Below, piece after piece: positions 1 through 64,000 of a stretch of 64,000 nucleotides of DNA; the first letter of the stretch is position 1, and every line of letters starts with the position of its first letter. The DNA is taken from positions 15,850,532 through 15,914,531 of the forward strand of contig CM119263.1 in assembly GCA_051294375.1 (NCBI GenBank), read 5' to 3'. The position numbers and the translations under genes were made by a program. Below the pieces are notes generated by a model that saw only the letters and a list, made by a program, of their open reading frames with translations, did no database searches and was not told the origin of the DNA. Source of the DNA: Paraspadella gotoi (lineage: Eukaryota > Animalia > Chaetognatha).

Positions 1-447
1 TTAACTTACTTTCGGAATTTAAATACTATTTTAATACTGAATTTAAGCTGAAATTGGGCGATTGTCGCGGTAAAACTTGGCCAATTGGGCGAAGGAAAAC
101 GTCCCTAATTTCCCATTCCTCTTTTCCAACCTTTTCCATCCTCAATCTTCCTCTTCCAACGTCTTCCCTCCATCCATTTTCGTCCCGTTCTCATTCGATA
201 AATTTTTATTAGATCGATAATGTTCGTGCGAAGCTATTTTCTGCATTCGTGGCAACTCAAGGGGCATTAGAGTCCGGGGCGCCGGGCGGAGGAACCGGTT
301 GAGCGGAAGAAGAATTCCAGGAAATGAGACAAGGGAAAAGCGAGTTTAATTGGGGCGACGCTCGCGCGGGACCCAAATCCACCCAATTCTTCCCTTTTTA
401 ATGGCTTTCGATTTTCGGCGGTTTTNNNNNNNNNNCTTCTTTCTCAG

Positions 448-52471
<52,024 letters not shown>

Positions 52472-53938
52472 GGGCGAATCAACACTTTTTTATTAGAATA
52501 ATTCATTATTTCTAAGCGAAAACTTTTTTCATAATTTTTTACTGTTGTTTATTCCTCATATACAGTGAATATCAAATTTAAAAGAGAGGCATAAAAAATC
52601 TGCCATTTAAAGACTATAAGTCGTGACATCGTCCGATAAAAATAATGTTTGGCATTGCTGCTCAATCGATTGCGCCTAAAGTTAAGAGTCTTTTTTTAAG
52701 TAGACTGAGTGACTGAATCTCCTTTCCCTTCAAGTTTTGATAAGTATTCAATCATTTTATTAGATGTTTAAATTGTTTATTATCTATTGTTTATAACATT
52801 AACAACTAATCTAAGTATTAAGCTACATCTTTGTCCAAATATATATTTTAACTTTTGATTAGAATTTTTAAGTGAATGGAGAGTGAGCGACGGGGATTTT
52901 CTCCCAAGAATCCGACGCTGGGAAAATAAATGGTTCGGAAATCCGTCAGATGGTGAGCCATGGTGCCATGGTGCCATGGTGCCAGGGTGTAATCGAATGG
53001 GAACAGTCTTACGAATGAAGGAATTCCAAAGATCGTGAGTGATGCCAAGGACGAACCTTTTAAAAGTCTCACTTGAATGTCGGGTTCGGCGGCTTCTGTG
53101 ATATTTTAATCTCAAGCTGCTTTATTTCGGACCAATAAGATAAGCAGTAATGCCAAAACAATGTTTTTTTCTTTCACTCTTTTCTTCTTTTTTTTTCAAT
53201 TCTTCGTAAAAAAAACCCGCGTCATTGATATTTCCGCTCAACTTTTTTTTGTTTTCTTTTTCTATTTGAAATTTTCGTGTACAACGCTCTTGTGCTACAA
53301 AAAAAAAGTTTCTTCTTTTTCATTCGCGATTTCCTGTGAAATTTCATCAGTATTCTGAATAATGTGAGCATTGATTTGTAAATAAACACCATTATTTTTT
53401 ACCTTAAAAAACCTTATTCATATCCTCGTTTGTTCTTTAGCATTTTTTATCTCGTGATTTGTTACGATGAATACAGATATTTCCGAAATTTTTCTCCCCC
53501 CAATGTTGCTCGATTTTAAGTTTGTTTTTAAAGTTTGTATTATTTTTACCATGATGCTTTTTTGTAGGGAGCATCTCTCAAAATTCGAAATATAAACATT
53601 GCACTGAATTAATTGTCTGAAATCAATTCATTTTTTTTCCTATACACTAGCATTTTTATAGATACGAGATAGGTCGTTTCTCAATTTTTTTTTTCTAAAA
53701 AAAATCCGTAGTGTTTTTCAGGAAGTGTTTTTCTCATTAATATTCAGCCGATATTTATTCATATCTTCCTAATCTTGTTTCGAGTTTCCTCATCCGTTAT
53801 CTAATAAAGGAATCAGCGTTTTAAATTAGTATTATAGAGAAGCAACTATAGAAACGGATCCAACCGGAAAAAATGTTAAGTAAAGGTAGTAAAATATTCC
53901 TTCGGTACTTTTTTTACGTCGATTTATATACTCTCAAA

Positions 53939-56900
53939 ATGGAGTTGCTTGTTCTAACACGGAGCCCTGGGAGAGCGCCAGGTAAATTATATTTAGAGAA
54001 ATAGAAGTATATAAAACGGTTATTGAGACAAAAAATTATTGTAGATGAAAGGGATCATAATTTAACTGATAAATAAACGTTCGTTTGCAGCATGAACGTC
54101 ACAAACCTTCCAGGATAAAAAATAAAATTTATTTTTGGATCAAAACATTTTTTTTAAAGATTATTTTCGCCGGGTTCCGCATTGTCCGATGACAAAGCAG
54201 GCGCCGCCAGGAAAGTCAATCGCGGAATATTCGACATGGGTGGAGTCGATCGTCAGCTGTTTGGTCCTCGTGTATCACGTCGATGAAATTGCAAATGTTG
54301 GTCGTGATCGCCGCAGTCTCTCTTAGCCAGCAGGACCATGCTTAGCCAGCGGACCATTCTGCCGAGATGCAACCTCTGGAATATGGAGGAGCGCTGCTCG
54401 CGAGAATACACGTGGACGGCAGGTGCCATTGGATGTGCAACCGTCCACCGTCAGTTTTTGGCGCCCCAGTCCGGTTTCGTGCCCGGATGGAATGACTCGA
54501 GAAGCGTCTTGCCGCATTGTTTTTGGCTCGGAGACTTTTGCGAATGGATTCGTCCGATTGCAGCGTTTGGTCATCATGATAACGATATATATTAGATTAT
54601 ATATTATATAATCTGGCCTTACTAGCGCTCAAAATTTCATAATTACATGACAGTGTTTTTATAATTTATAAAAAGATAATAAATGATTCATCTCATCATA
54701 ACTATATTCCTTAAGTCGCGTCCTTCAGTCGAACTAGGTGTCGATTGATCGGAGACTGCGAGCCACACTAATAAATGTTGCTGGATAGACCGACACTGTG
54801 TGGAAGGTGCTTATTTAACAGCTGCCAGCGGAAGTGCTTTTCCTCCGTTGGTCGACACAACACGAATGACGCTATCACAAGCCTTTAGCCCTTTACTTAT
54901 TTATACACTTTTAGGGTTAAATTTATATTAATTATATAACGTCATTTATATAAGCGTAATAATTTATAATTTTGTGAATTCACCAAAGAATAAAAGCCCA
55001 CTGATCTTTAGGCAATTTTTTTAAATTTTTGGCTAGGTGGCAGACAGCTAAAAGGAGTTAGGACAGAGCAAAATACAAATAGACGCAGTGTTCCGAAATC
55101 AAGCAAACCAATCGTTGATTATATTATGTTGTTGTTTTCCTACGTTAAACTAACATATACTATCAGCATCCTATTTTAATGATATACGTCTTATTTACTA
55201 CAACTTTAGTAATATTAGCCATAGTATTACATATATATTTATTTATATTCCTACATAGTACTAGAGTTTCTTTCTTATTATTTCAGCAATTCTGATATCC
55301 TTTTCTTTAAAGGGATTCGGGATATTTTTTGTAAATTTAACTGTGAATTTATTTACTTGTCTATTTACAATTTTTCTACTTTTTTAAAAATAGTTACATG
55401 CAATTAGGATCAAAGCCTCAAAAAGCCTTAATTGCAAGTCAGCCAGTAAGCTCCAACTTAATTATTTCAATTCTCTTATCTATGAATTTCATTTGTTTTG
55501 ATTTTAAACAGTTTCGTATACTGTCTCATAAATTCAAAATCTGTCAATGATTTGAAAGCAAAGTGTGAATTGTGCCGGTTTCGTCGCTCGTGAATGATCG
55601 AAACTTCTTAAATTGATCTTCATTAAAACCGCGAAAAACTGGATGTTATTACATTATATTTCTCGTCTTTTTATTTCTTTTTTTAATTGATTAAAGAGAT
55701 AAAAATATTTTGATCCATTGCCATTTTTCTTATCTAGTTATTGACAGAAAATACCGTCTATTCTCCCAATTACCCATCTTTGTGTTTCGTTCCTCGTGTT
55801 TTAAACTCAACTCGACGGTAGCGGTTGTGTGATCTCTTTTGGACTAAGTCACGAAAAAAAGGTTTTCCTCTTTTTCCTGTTGAGAATCCCGTTGGTGAAT
55901 AAACAGAATACGACGAGGGAAATCATTCTCTCTCTGGAACTAATTTTCTCTGCAAGATCGCAAAATGAGTTTATCTATCTGTTTTCCTGTTTAATTCTTT
56001 ATTCTTGGTAAGAATATATGATACATCCAATGCATATTTAAAAATAATTAACTATTGTTTTATATTTTTTTAAAATTAGGTTGTGGTCTCTCTCACGGGT
56101 TCTTTTCCGTTTAGTTTCAGTATAGTCTTTCTTTTGTTTTTTTTGTGTTAATCGTCGAACTTTTAACAATTAACGAATATTATATTGAAATTACTTTGTT
56201 TTTAGTCTTTGGCAATGTGTTTGAGCGGAAAGGTTATGTCACGTATGCCCAAAACTTACCAGAAGGCCAAACCTTTCGATGCTTTTTTGAAAGGCAGGTT
56301 CTGCCAAAAATAATTTTTGATTTGTCAATGCTTTCATTTATCACAACGGAGTCTCCTTAATCATAACCAATCAATCAGATTTGTGAATAAATGTGAAGAA
56401 AGTAAAAAGATGGAATTATATACTGAGAACTATTTGAAATTTTCTTATTATTAGAGGATGCCCCCTTCGTCAGGGTCGTCTTGGACGGCGTTCGTTTTAG
56501 TCTTTTCCGCAGATCAGCACTGTTGTCCAATCGCTTTGTAGACGGCCATATGTCAATGGAGTTGTCCTGGCGTACGATCAGTCGATCACGCGGCCTAAGG
56601 GGCGTGTGGTCCGGCCGGGATGATGTCCAGACCTTCGAGGGTACGCTCTTAACCAAGAACCGTTGGTCATATTAGCAACGATACAAATTTTCGTGGATAT
56701 TGTTCTACGTAAGTAAGTAGAAAGCGTTTCTGTTACTTAGATAGGGAAATGGGATTGACGCGGAATAACGATTTTGCAAAGTCTATGTACTTAAATTAAT
56801 AAATTAATGAATCATTTAATAAATCCTTTAGTTCAACCCAGCGCCATCGTCTTTCCTCGCTTGGGCGCCGGTCCTTGCGACAATGGGTAGCGCGTAACAA

Positions 56901-57200
56901 GGTGGTGCTATAAATATCGATGTAATCCATCCACTTCGTCCGAACTTAAACCAAACGTTGTTCTCTATCTCAGCATAAGCTCCTCCTACGAATGTCGATA
57001 CGTATGAGACTGCACCCCTGGACAAAATGCTGTCGGCCTCTTCCTACGGCCGATCAACGTCTTCGAGACTTGCAGCCGGAAATGCGTTCCGGCGGTGGAA
57101 GAAATTCCGGCGGTGAGCGTTCGAAAGAATTCTCCGCGCGGGTGCAACGACTGGCGTCTGATGAAGCGTCGGGATTGTCCAATACCAAGAAGCCTGCGGC
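53939..57200 (+). pseudogene. Degenerate or frameshifted C-type-lectin-like (possibly PAN + CTLD) exons
   Basis: Fragments VSCPDGMTREASCRIVFGSETF (about 54475), CCWIDRHCVEG (about 54777), GVWSGRDDVQTFEGT (about 56600) and WCYKY (about 56903) resemble CTLD motifs. Splice-like boundaries are present, but there is no intact frame; it could be an intact gene with read errors. Confidence 0.35.
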
Positions 57201-60200
57201 TAGATTTTCAAGATTTTTTTGCAAAAAAATGGTTCATTGTTTTGTATTGAGTATATAGTATTCTAATGTTTTTGGCAAAAGGCAGCGTTCAGTGCCTCGT
57301 ACATGTAAACCCGAAAAAAATTAAATGCAATTTTTTGATACATACTGAGGATGACTCAAAATTTAGACGCAGGAATTCACACAGTATTGGACATGTTTCG
57401 AACCTTGTTTTTTGAGTCTTTCATCATCATTGACAGTTGTATTTTTCACAATCATAAAGTTGAAGGAGAGAGAGGAGATGTGAGGAGAGAGAAAGAGTTT
57501 CCAAACAAAGAATTTAAGAAAGGACAGTGGTAGATTTCAGGGACAGGTAGGTAGGACAGGAAAAAGGGAAAAAAAAGTTGATTTTTGAAACTTGGTGAAA
57601 ATGAGAGAGAGAAGACGAGAGAGATAGAGAGAAGAGAGAGAGAGAGAGATGAGAGGAGAGATGACTGAGAGAGAGAGAGAGAGAAACATTACATTTTTGA
57701 AAATGTACAACAAGATAAATGAATCAGTAAAACTACATGAATAATAGTAACAAAGAAATAATAAATAGTTTGATTACTAATGGAGTATAAGTGAGAAAGT
57801 GAAAATTTGAAGAATAGTGGTGATGGGATAGGTAGTAAAGATTTTAGGGAAAATTAAGATTTTAAGAAAGAAAGCATGTCCAATACTCTGTAATAAAAAT
57901 CGTTGTTAAAATAATACTAAAAACTTTCGTTTTCGAATCTCTGCTGTCTTATTGAACAACGAAAAGAGAGAAAATTAAACAATGGTCTTTTTTTCTATAA
58001 CTTTTCTTTTCATTTACAATAACTGCAAAATAAAAAGGATAACAATTTTTAACTCTGTGGATTTAATCTGTTTCATAATCTGTGCAGCTCTGTCTCTTTG
58101 CGAGATCAACAAAACATTGGGCGCCGAGGCAACTATTCCATTACGACTCACTTGAGGGACAGAATAAAATTCACTCATCAAAGATCGGGCGTCGTTGTTA
58201 GTTTATGGTTAATTTTTCGTTGCGTTAACATAGAGAGGAAAGCGGTTTGCTGGCCAGTATGTCATTTCCAATTTATATCTACTATCAACTTCTACTTAAT
58301 ATGTAACTCGGCCGTATTCTGTATCCGAACTTTGCGTCCGTAACGAAGAAGAGCAATTAGGCTTCGTTTTCTCGTTTTCTTTTGTTGTGTTTTTTTTTGG
58401 GTTTTTTTTTGTTCCTTCATAGACCCCAATCGCCAAGATTCGCAATCAATAAATTTCACAATTGCTTAAAACTACAATACCCACGGTCTAACAAGAACTT
58501 AATTAAATATTTCAATTATATTTGTACCGTGGCGTATTTGGCGCTCTGCCAGGAAGAAAGACATCGAAGGTGTCAACTTCGCTTTGACGAAAATGACATG
58601 AATATTGGATAACAACACAACAATGGACAACAACACGACGACGACGACGACGAGAGGTGCCTATAGACAATAGAACTAGTAATTTTGACAACGACGAAAA
58701 CCAATTTAAAATAAACGATAATCCAATTACGTTAACAATTAGTTATCGCATAAATAATTCTACAATGAGACTCAAGTTTATTCCGATAATAGCGATTATT
58801 CCCGAAATCCAAAACAACAACAACAACAACGAGGACGACACATCCAAAGCAACAATAACAACAGCCGCCGCCCTGATTCCATACTTTTTTTGTCATTGAG
58901 AATCGAATACCGCGTTTTGATTTGTGATTTGTTGATTTCCCGAAAAAAATCTTTAAAAAAGATCTCCCACTTCCTTTTATCTCTGCTCATTTTTTCTTAG
59001 ATTCCCCTTATTTTTATCTTCTTTATTGAGGTATGAAATGTTGAGTCCAACCATTGGGGAAATGAAAGGAAACGAAACACTCTTTGTATATTCGAAATGA
59101 ATGGAATGAAGGAATTAATTGTATTATTTTTATTATGAATATTTTATTGAAGTAAATTAATATCTTTTATGCGTGTGTAATATTTAAATTTAATAAATTT
59201 AATTTTTTTATTTACTATGTAATTCTAATTCTCAACTCGTTAGTGAGACATCACGATTGATTGAAATATAAAGGTCTGCCAGAGTAGAAGCAATTTAAAA
59301 TAAAATCACGTAAACGTTATATACAATATATTGAATTAATGAGCATGTCAAACGAGTATAGCGTAAAAAAAGATAAAAAAAATAAGTCTAGGTAGAGCTC
59401 TAAGTATAAGAATGAAAGAGAAGGAGAAAAGAGGAGAGAGGTATAAATATAAAGGTAATGGAAAAAGGACAGGAACACTTCCACTCTCTTCTCATCTAAA
59501 TCGTCGCTACTCAATCGCGCAAGAAACCGCGCGTAATGCACACACCAATATTATGAAATGTTTCTTGAACGAAGATCATGCATGCAGCTGAACTTGACAA
59601 CTTTAGCGTGATGTCGAGTGAGAGTGATCTATGTTTGAGAGGAAACGAAATAGAAGAAGGATCTCAACGGTCTAGCGGCGTGCGGCGGGGGCGGATCGAA
59701 GTCGGCATCATCGTGTCTTTCTCTCATCTTCTCCTCTCTTTATCTGTCTCAGATAAGTGTGAATCTCACGCACATCACTCAAAAGGCCTTCTTTCTTGTG
59801 CCTGCGCGCCGCTGTATTGTCTCTCCTCTCTCCTTTCCTTTCTTCTGTCGCATCCTGCTGTAATTTGTATTGTTACCATCGCGAGTTCTCTTGTGCCGTA
59901 CCCGACTTATCTAGCACTCATCTAAACTCCTCTCTCTCCTCGCGCACGAGTAAGCAAAGGCGGCCAAGGACACGGGAAAGAGTTTTCCCCTCTTTCTCCC
60001 AAATGGTCCGCTGGAATGGAAGCATGAGGCTAGCGATCGCTTGAGTCAGTAGGAGGGTAATGGGGAGAGAGGAGAGGTATTATAGACGAGAGTAATAGTA
60101 AGAGTGAAGGCCACGCAGAGATGAGGATTGAGAAGATGAAGAGAGAGAGAGAGAAGAGACCTAACGACGTTTTGCCATTTTAAACATTGGTAATGATGGT

Positions 60201-61342
60201 CATTATTCCGTTGATCTATGTATGTCAATATCACAAACAATCGCTTAAAAGCGAAATAATCGTTGACAGATTTCTTTTTACTTTAACAGAGAGTTACTCT
60301 TTTAGTTTTATTAGAGATAGTTATAACCTATAAATCGTTAAAATAAAAACAAATTGTCAGGTTTAGTCATTCCATGCTGTAAAATAAAATTACTATATCG
60401 CAGGTCAACTTGGGACATAACAATTTGAGAAAAATGTACACGATCACAGATCGAGAGAGAGAAAGATGAGAGAGAGAGAGGGAGAGAGAGAGAGAGGGAG
60501 AGAGAGGAGACGAGAGGCGAGAGCAGAGGAGGGAGAGAGAGAGAGGAGAGAGCAGAGAGATTCCAAGCATCTTTCGGCCCTCGGCTCCCTACTTCCGCAG
60601 CATGAGGATCAGCGAGCCCTCGGCTGCCGACACGAGCTCTTGATTGAAGGAACCGGATCGTCCGTGAGCGCGCGAGCATGTCGGCGCGCGGTCGTGCAGA
60701 AAGCGTCAGTCGAAGTGGCGCGGGGCATTCATGACAGATCGCAGCGAGCCTGTCGTCGACCACACAAGGTGGGCCGTCTCTAACACAGGAGAAGTGCAGC
60801 GCCGGCCACTGTGTGGCGGGTACCAGAACTTCGTTGGTAGACGTCTGAACAGATGCGGCGCATACACGACGAATGCTAACACTGAAGGCGTCCTGGGAAT
60901 AAAATAGATTAAATGTAAAAAATTAAAATATAACAAATATGAGTGTATACATTGTACAACATGATACAACAAAGAGAATTAACATATGGTTGTCTGAACT
61001 TGGTATGAGGGTAAGCATTCTGGCGAGGCGGTCGACTCATATGACATACTCGTCGATTACTCTAATTTTATGAATAATAAGTTAATTAAGTCTATTGTAT
61101 TGGGTGAATTTATATGATATTCATTAAAATCTCAACTAAATAGATTATCAATAATAAATAATATAACTAAAATCTTAACTTCTGATGAGACAAATGGAAT
61201 AACGTGAAGACCGGCCTCCTTGGCTGCATGATCGTAGCATTCGTCTTGTCCGTCAAGTCCCGGATCTGAGATTCGGAAGCGGACGCACGGAGATGAGAGG
61301 CCAAGTCTGTATCACACNNNNNNNNNNNNNNNNNNNNNNNNN

Positions 61343-63953
61343 ATAACGTAATAATATAATTTGTGAATTCACCAAAGAAATAAAAAGCCCACTGTCTTAG
61401 CTAATTTTTTAAAATTTTTGCTAGGTGGCAGACAGCTAAAAGGAGTTAGGACGGCAAAATGAACAAATGAACAGTTGCCGAAATCAAGCAAACCAATCGT
61501 TGATTAATTATGTTGTTTTTTCCTACGTTGAAATAAAGTATAAATCAGCATCCTAATTTTAATGATATACTCTTATTTACTACAACATTTAGTAATATTA
61601 CATAGTATTACATAGTATTTATTTAGTAAGTATGTAATTATTCTCCATTTCCTTTGCAAGATTTTCATTGTTTTTGATTTATAAAAATCAGTTTCCCGTA
61701 TGACTGCCTCATTAACTGTTCAAAATGCCGTCAATGAGATTTGAAAGCCAAAGATGCTGCATATTTGTATTGCCCGTTTTCGTCGCCTCGTTGATGACGA
61801 ATCTTATAAATTTGATCTGTCATTAAACAACCGCGAAAAGACTGTACTGCTTTAATTACATTATGATTTTCGTTCTTTTATTCTTTTTTTTAACGTTTAA
61901 TGATTAAAGAGGATAAAAATATTTGATCATTGCCATATTCTTACATCAGTATTGACAGAAAAATACCGTGCGATTCTCCCAATTGACCCAAATCTTGTAG
62001 TTCGTTCTCGTTTAACTCAACTCGACCGCTAAGCGGTTGTTGTGATCCTCTTTATGGACTAAGTCCCGAAAAAAAAAGGTTTTCCTTCTTTTCCTTGTTG
62101 AATTCGCGTCGTGAATTAACACAGCCATAGGAACCTCCACGAGAGGCGGAATCATTCGTCTCTATTGGAACTAATTCTCGCCAGAGTCCGAAGATAGTTT
62201 TAAATTGTTTGTTCCTGTTGTTAATTTTTTATTTTTGGTAAGTTTATACGATTAACATCCATGACAATATGTAAAAAAATAAAATTAATTATGTTTCTTA
62301 TATTTTTTATCAAATTAGATTTAGGTCTCTCTCACGGGTCTCTTTCGTTTAGCAGTTCAGTATTGCTGTTTTTTTTTTTTTGCTTAAATCTCGAACTTTT
62401 AACAATTAACCCGATAGTTTATTGGAATTTACATTTGTTTTGTCTTTGTTCAATGGTGTTTGGAGGCGGAAAGGTATGTNNNNNNNNNNNNNNNNNNNNN
62501 NNNNNNNNNNNNNNNNNNNNNNNNNNNNNNNNNNNNNNNNNNNNNNNNNNNNNNNNNNNNNNNNNNNNNNNNNNNNNNNNNNNNNNNNNNNNNNNNNNNN
62601 NNNNNNNNNNNNNNNNNNNNNNNNNNNNNNNNNNNNNNNNNNNNNNNNNNNNNNNNNNNNNNNNNNNNNNNNNNNNNNNNNNNNNNNNNNNNNNNNNNNN
62701 NNNNNNNNNNNNNNNNNNNNNNNNNNNNNNNNNNNNNNNNNNNNNNNNNNNNNNNNNNNNNNNNNNNNNNNNNNNNNNNNNNNNNNNNNNNNNNNNNNNN
62801 NNNNNNNNNNNNNNNNNNNNNNNNNNNNNNNNNNNNNNNNNGTCCGATGCCCCAAAACTTACCAGAAGGCCAAACCTTCGATGCTTTTGAAAGGCAGGTT
62901 CTGCCAAAAAAATTTATGATTTGTCAATGCTTTCATTTATCACAAGCGACGTCTCCTTAATCAACCAATCAATCAATTTGTGAAAAATGTGAAGAAGTAA
63001 AAAGAAGGAATTATATACTGAGAACTATTTGAAATTTTCTTATTATTCAGAGGATGCCCCCCTTCGTCAGGGTCGTCTTGCGACGCGTGTCGTTTTAGTC
63101 TTTTCCGCAATCAGCACTGTTGTCCAACGCTTGTAGACGGCCAATGTCAATGGAGTTGTCTGGCGACGATCAGTCGATCATCGCGCCCAGGGGCGTGTCC
63201 GGCCGGGATGATGTCCAGACCTTCGAGGGTACGCTTAACCAGAACCGTTGGTCAATATTAGGCAACGATACAATTTCTGGAATTGTCTACGAGAAGTAGT
63301 AAAAGCTTTCGTTACTTATAGGGAAATGGGATGACGCGGAACGATTCTTGCAAAGTTCTATGTACTTAAATTAATAAATTAATGAATCATTTAAATAAAT
63401 CCTTTAGTTCAACCCAAGCAGCCACGCTTTCCGTTGGGCGCCGTCCTTTTGCGAATGGGTGAGCGCGAACAAGGTGAGTGCTATAAATCAGTTAATCCAT
63501 CCACTCGCCGAACTTTAAACCAAAACGTTGTCTCTCTCAGCAATTAAGCTCCTCCTACGAATGCCGATACGATGAAGACTGCACCCCTGGACAAAAATGC
63601 TGTCGGCCTCTTCCTACGGCCGACAACGTCTTCGAGACTTGCAGCCGGAAATGCGTTCCGGCGGTGGAAGAAATTCCGGCGGTGAGCGTCGAAGAATCTC
63701 CCGCGGGTGCAACGACGGCGTCTGATGAAGCGTCGGGAACTTTGTCCAAACCACAGAAGCCAGCGGCTTAGATTTTCAAGATTTTTGCAAAAAAATGTCA
63801 TGTTTTGTAATTAGTACTAGTATTCTAATGTTTTTGGCAAAGGCAGCGTTCAGTGCCTCGTACAGTACCCGAAAAAATTAAATCAATTTTTGATACATAC
63901 TGAGATGACCTCAAAATTTAAGACGCAGGAATCACACAGTATTGGACATGTTT
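61343..63953 (+). repeat. Direct duplicate of about 54950-57400, more indel-rich
   Basis: Collinear from tgtgaattcaccaaag to gtattggacatgttt; begins right after a 25-N gap. Confidence 0.9.
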
Positions 63954-64000
63954 NNNNNNNNNNAACTCAAGCACAAACGTTTAAACGAGTTTCACAAAAG

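Overview
Animal (invertebrate-type) genomic DNA with AT-rich introns, abundant (GA)n/(CT)n microsatellites and eleven N gaps; no prokaryotic features are evident. Manual splicing gives one large + strand gene across most of the window (448-52471, 5' end upstream): a nephrin/Sns/SYG-2-family adhesion receptor with Ig domains, FN3, TM and a long tail ending -EEYI. Inside its 11-kb intron (10256-21269), which splits one Ig domain in half, lies a complete same-strand 4-exon CACHD1-like VWA/cache gene of about 1277 aa. That gene has an intact DxSxS MIDAS and apparently two GC-AG introns, and its exon 3 donor is phase-compatible with downstream host exons. A heavily frameshifted multi-domain adenylate kinase gene (43.5-46.2 kb) and degenerate C-type-lectin-like exons (54-57 kb) are invisible in the ORF track. 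Large inverted and direct duplications are indel-rich, each 25-N gap borders one of them, and they look like amplification or gap-filling artefacts. All gene models were read by eye, without database searches.
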